27,093 bases of DNA, taken from Lama guanicoe. Taxonomy: Eukaryota. The notes under the pieces were generated by a model that did not search any database, was not told where the DNA came from, and worked only from the letters and a program-made list of their open reading frames with translations. Both the position numbers and the translations under genes were made by a program. The DNA lies in NCBI GenBank assembly GCA_013239625.1, contig MU056000.1, positions 9,618,232 through 9,645,324 of the forward strand, written 5' to 3'. Below are positions 23,640 to 27,093 of this stretch, one piece after another. How positions within the stretch are numbered: the first letter of the stretch is position 1; every line of letters starts with the position of its first letter.

Positions 23640-24120
23640 CTACCCTCTCTGCTACTATTCTCTGCCTCCCCTCCTTCTCCCCATCTCCCATCTATTTTCT
23701 AACCTCTGTTGCCTGCTCTATGCCCTGGGAGTCTGACCCTAAGACACTGAACTGGCCTGGCTCCCTTATTGTCTGCTTCTTAGCCAATGAGAGGCACCAG
23801 CAAGATATGGGAAGAGGGAAGAAAGAAAGGCCAGTGAATTTCTTGTCTACTCTCAGTCACCGCTTTGAAGCTGCAGTTCTGATGGTGGCTGTATCTTTTC
23901 AATACCAAAGCGTCTCCACAGCTCTGGTCCTCATGGAGCTCCAGAACATTCTTTCCTCCCTTTGCCCTCCATATTTCCCACTCTACCAGCCCCTTGGGGC
24001 CTCAACATCCTCTTTCAGTTTTGTTTTTTTTTTAACTTGACCACAGCTCTACGGTTTCTCATTGAAATTTCTTTAGTCAATAATGTGAGTAAAATCCTAT
24101 CCCCTGACAGAATTCCATCA
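23640..24120 (+). mobile_element. LTR33-like ERVL LTR
   Basis: 'ctgctctatgccctgggagtctgacc...ggctccctt...ttagccaatgagaggcaccagcaagatatgggaagagggaagaaagaaaggccagtgaattt'. Confidence 0.7.
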
Positions 24121-25779
24121 GATGAACCTGGTTTATAAAGGGCTGGTGACAACAATTTTATGGAGGACTCCAGCAGCAACGAGTGAAGCAGGGGTGGCAT
24201 TCCTCTAAAATGTGCTATCCAAATACAAAGCAACGTGACTATGTCTCAGTTGCGGTATTACATAGAGTGTTAATCTTTTTTCCTTAGTATTATAAACAAT
24301 GATAAGTTGTTGCTAACCAGCTGGTATGAGGTTTATTCTTCAGAATCTGTTACTTTCAAAATTTTGAATCCTAGAACTTTTCTCAGAAAAGAAGGGGAAC
24401 GACTCTACATGTGGGAGAGGTAAGAGTGCATCTGCCATCATAGCTCTTTTGGTGCCAAAGTCCCTGCAGTGGGAAGACTGCAATCTGTCGCAGCTATTAA
24501 TACTGCAGAAGGAAAGCCTACAGGAGGAGAAATTTGCAGTCAAACACACTAAAGTCAGAACATAAAAAAGTTAAGAATTCTTTAGCCACAGTGGTATACC
24601 TATACTTTGCTAGTGCCTTGGTTACATATTAGTCTAACTTTAGATTGTTTTCACCAAGTTTTTACGGCAAGAACAAATTTTTTTTGATAAGGAAGCAAAA
24701 GAAAAATCTCTAAATCATTTAAGAACTTACACATTCAAGATTAATTCTCTTTATTTACCAAAATATTTTTATTTCCTTATCTTAGAATAATAGAACATTT
24801 CACAAACTCAAGTATTGCCTCTAAAAAGATGAAAGAGTAAAACCCAAGGCTGTCTTCTTTTATATGAAACCTGACCCATGGAAAAGGATGAACCATATAA
24901 ACTTGCAACAATGTTTTTAAGGAAGCATGGTAATTAAACATTCCTAATGAAGTTGGAGATTTTGTTTTAAATGGGCAACTGGTTAATAATGAAGTAAATC
25001 TGCTAAAGTAGAAATTAGATATATAGGTCAAGAAGGAGATTCTTTTTTCTGCTACATACAGTTTGTATCTTGTAAGTAGGAATCACTCTCAGTATCAAAA
25101 TAATGTACCTCGTTTAAAAATCAAGAACAACAAAAACAAGGAAAATCCCAATTGATCGAAAGATTTACAAAACAATTAAATTAAGGGCTTGTTATTCACA
25201 ATGCAAAAGGATTTGCCCCTTTTCATAATGTGCTATTTTCTATAGCTTGTCCTATTAGGGCATAAAAGTGTTTTCTAGGTTGCAAATCACTTCAAACTTT
25301 TGAGATTTGCAACCAATAATAAGAAATTAGAAATTAAATGTAATCCTTTCTGGAATTTAATTAAAATTTTGGTAAAAGTAAGTGTCAAAACAACACACCA
25401 GGAGGAGGTCTCCTGCACAATGTTTGGTAGCACTGGAAACAAAAGGGAATATTTGAGTCAGATATTTGGGGGGGACAGGAAAAATTTCAATTTAGGAGAG
25501 CCAACAGATCACACACTTTGACCTCTCTTTGAAACCAATATCCCACTGATGTGATTGAAGTAAAACACAACAGTAGATAAGTTAAAGCTGAGTCAGAACA
25601 GGGCTTCACCAAACCAAAACAAACAAAGATCTGTCAAAGACATAAAACTGATTAAATTAAACCAATGAGAAAACTCAACAAAGACAACTCAAAATGCAGG
25701 CATTTGATTAAATTAAGTTGAAGGATATTTCCACAGGGAACCAAAGAATAACCCCCGTGGTCAGGACAGAGAGCAGGGG

Positions 25780-25975
25780 AAGAATTCTGCACTCAGAATA
25801 CCTGAGTTCAAGTCCAGGCTCCACCACCTCCTGCCTGCCTCAGCGTCCTCAACTGAGGAGTGAGAATTAGAACAGTATTTACCTCAAGAACTAGTGTGAG
25901 GATTACATGAGATAATGGACTTAAGGTGCTTGGCACAATGTCTGGCTCACAGGAAGTAGTCAAGCATTTAGAACT
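25780..25975 (+). mobile_element. MIR with part of the core deleted
   Basis: 'cctgagttcaagtccaggctccaccac' joined to 'gcctcagcgtcctcaactg', then 'tacctcaag...tgtgaggattacatgagataatg...aaggtgcttggcacaatgtctggctcacagga'. Confidence 0.85.
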
Positions 25976-26114
25976 CAACAAAAATAAGAAAACCAAATAT
26001 CAAAACCTAAACAAAGCAGTTGAAAATAAGCAGGAAAAAAAAGTCATAACTTTAAGTGCCTTTATTATTCAAGAATATTAGATGCATAATGCTGATGAAA
26101 TGCATAAACTAAAA

Positions 26115-26531
26115 TGAACTGGATTCTGTGGTTTCCCTGCTCAGATCCCAGGGATCCATTATTAGCTGTGGAGTACGCCCCTGCTGGTGGCCTGCGCCTG
26201 CTCCCTTCTGAAGCAGATTGCCCCGGGACGACTGCCTCACTGAGAGGTGCCCGGAGTTATGTCTCAGTGGCTGGATTATGCTAGTGGCTGGAGCCAATGG
26301 CTGACCAATGTTGGGACACAAAAGTCCCGTATCCTTGCCTCAAGTTAGGACAGGCTACAGTAAATTTTGTTACAGATCTCCCCACAGGATCAGGCTGAGG
26401 TTGGATTCCCCATCCTCTCCCCACCACTCACCCCTTACAGAGTCTCATGAGCACGACCTTAACAAATCACTTTCACCAGAATCCCAGTCCCATCTCAGGC
26501 TCTGCTTCTGGGGAACCCAGTGTAAGATACA
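26115..26531 (+). mobile_element. LTR16-like ERVL solo LTR
   Basis: 5' 'tggattctgtggtttccctgctcagatccc'; internal 'agccaatggctgacc', 'ccttgcctcaagttaggaca'; 3' 'catctcaggctctgcttctggggaaccc...taagataca'. Confidence 0.8.
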
Positions 26532-27093
26532 AGCCTTCAGGTCAGGAGCCTAGAAAAAAAGGCTCCCCTAAAACTCAGCCAAAATAAAATATAAGCAAGA
26601 TATTAATAAAATGAGAGGGAAATTAATGAAAAGGAGGGAAAATGTGAGCTTGATAAACCGAACAAGAACTTGAACTTTTGAACACTTTTGAAATAGACCT
26701 GTCAGCTGACCTCCACTTACCTGACTCATTGGATTAGTCACAGCCCTTTCCATTCATCTTATGAATCATTGTGCCTTATGTGAAAAACAGGTAATATGGA
26801 ACTCAGAATAGCTGGTGCAGTCTCAAAGACAGACTTTGTCCCCACACCAAACATTGTAACTGAATTCCTATGGGTGCATATTTGTCAGAACAAAAAGTAT
26901 TCAATCACAAAGCATATCTGTTATATTTTTGAACACTAACTACTTTTTTTTCAGTTAACTAACCAACTGCTAGTACCAATCCCATTGGATTAGTGTGCTT
27001 CATTCTGCTCAAAAAAAGACTTCAAAAACCATAGGATAAGAAAGGAAAATAAGAAAATATATGCATGAATTCTCATTTGTGGAAGAATAAACT

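Noticed and set aside
26173..26192. CTCF-like 'cgcccctgctggtggcc'
   Set aside because: Neither register places the key G correctly, and it lies within an LTR.
1..27093. Prokaryote-type systems (CRISPR arrays, operons, defence loci)
   Set aside because: The sequence is clearly mammalian; no spaced direct-repeat arrays or long ORFs seen.

Overview
AT-rich mammalian genomic DNA, very probably camelid (alpaca/llama/camel), judged from a vic-1-type tRNA-derived SINE and camelid-like L1 3' ends. I find no intact protein-coding gene; the supplied ORFs are chance ORFs, broken L1 ORF2 or pseudogene. Much of the window is interspersed repeats: L1, L2, MIR, ERVL-type LTRs, a MER104-like DNA element and a SINE. 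The standout feature is an L1-retrotransposed copy (about 11551-12115, minus strand) of an unusual RNA. It starts at the 5' end of the H/ACA snoRNA SNORA70 (U70), runs through the rest of the host intron into the last two, spliced, RPL10 exons, and ends in AATAAA and poly(A), bounded by a target-site duplication. It is thus a fossil of a snoRNA-ended, polyadenylated processing product. This class is already known from other mammals, so it is not a new system. Several unique CpG-retaining blocks are candidate regulatory elements. Repeat subfamily names and reference comparisons come from memory of consensus sequences, not from a search.
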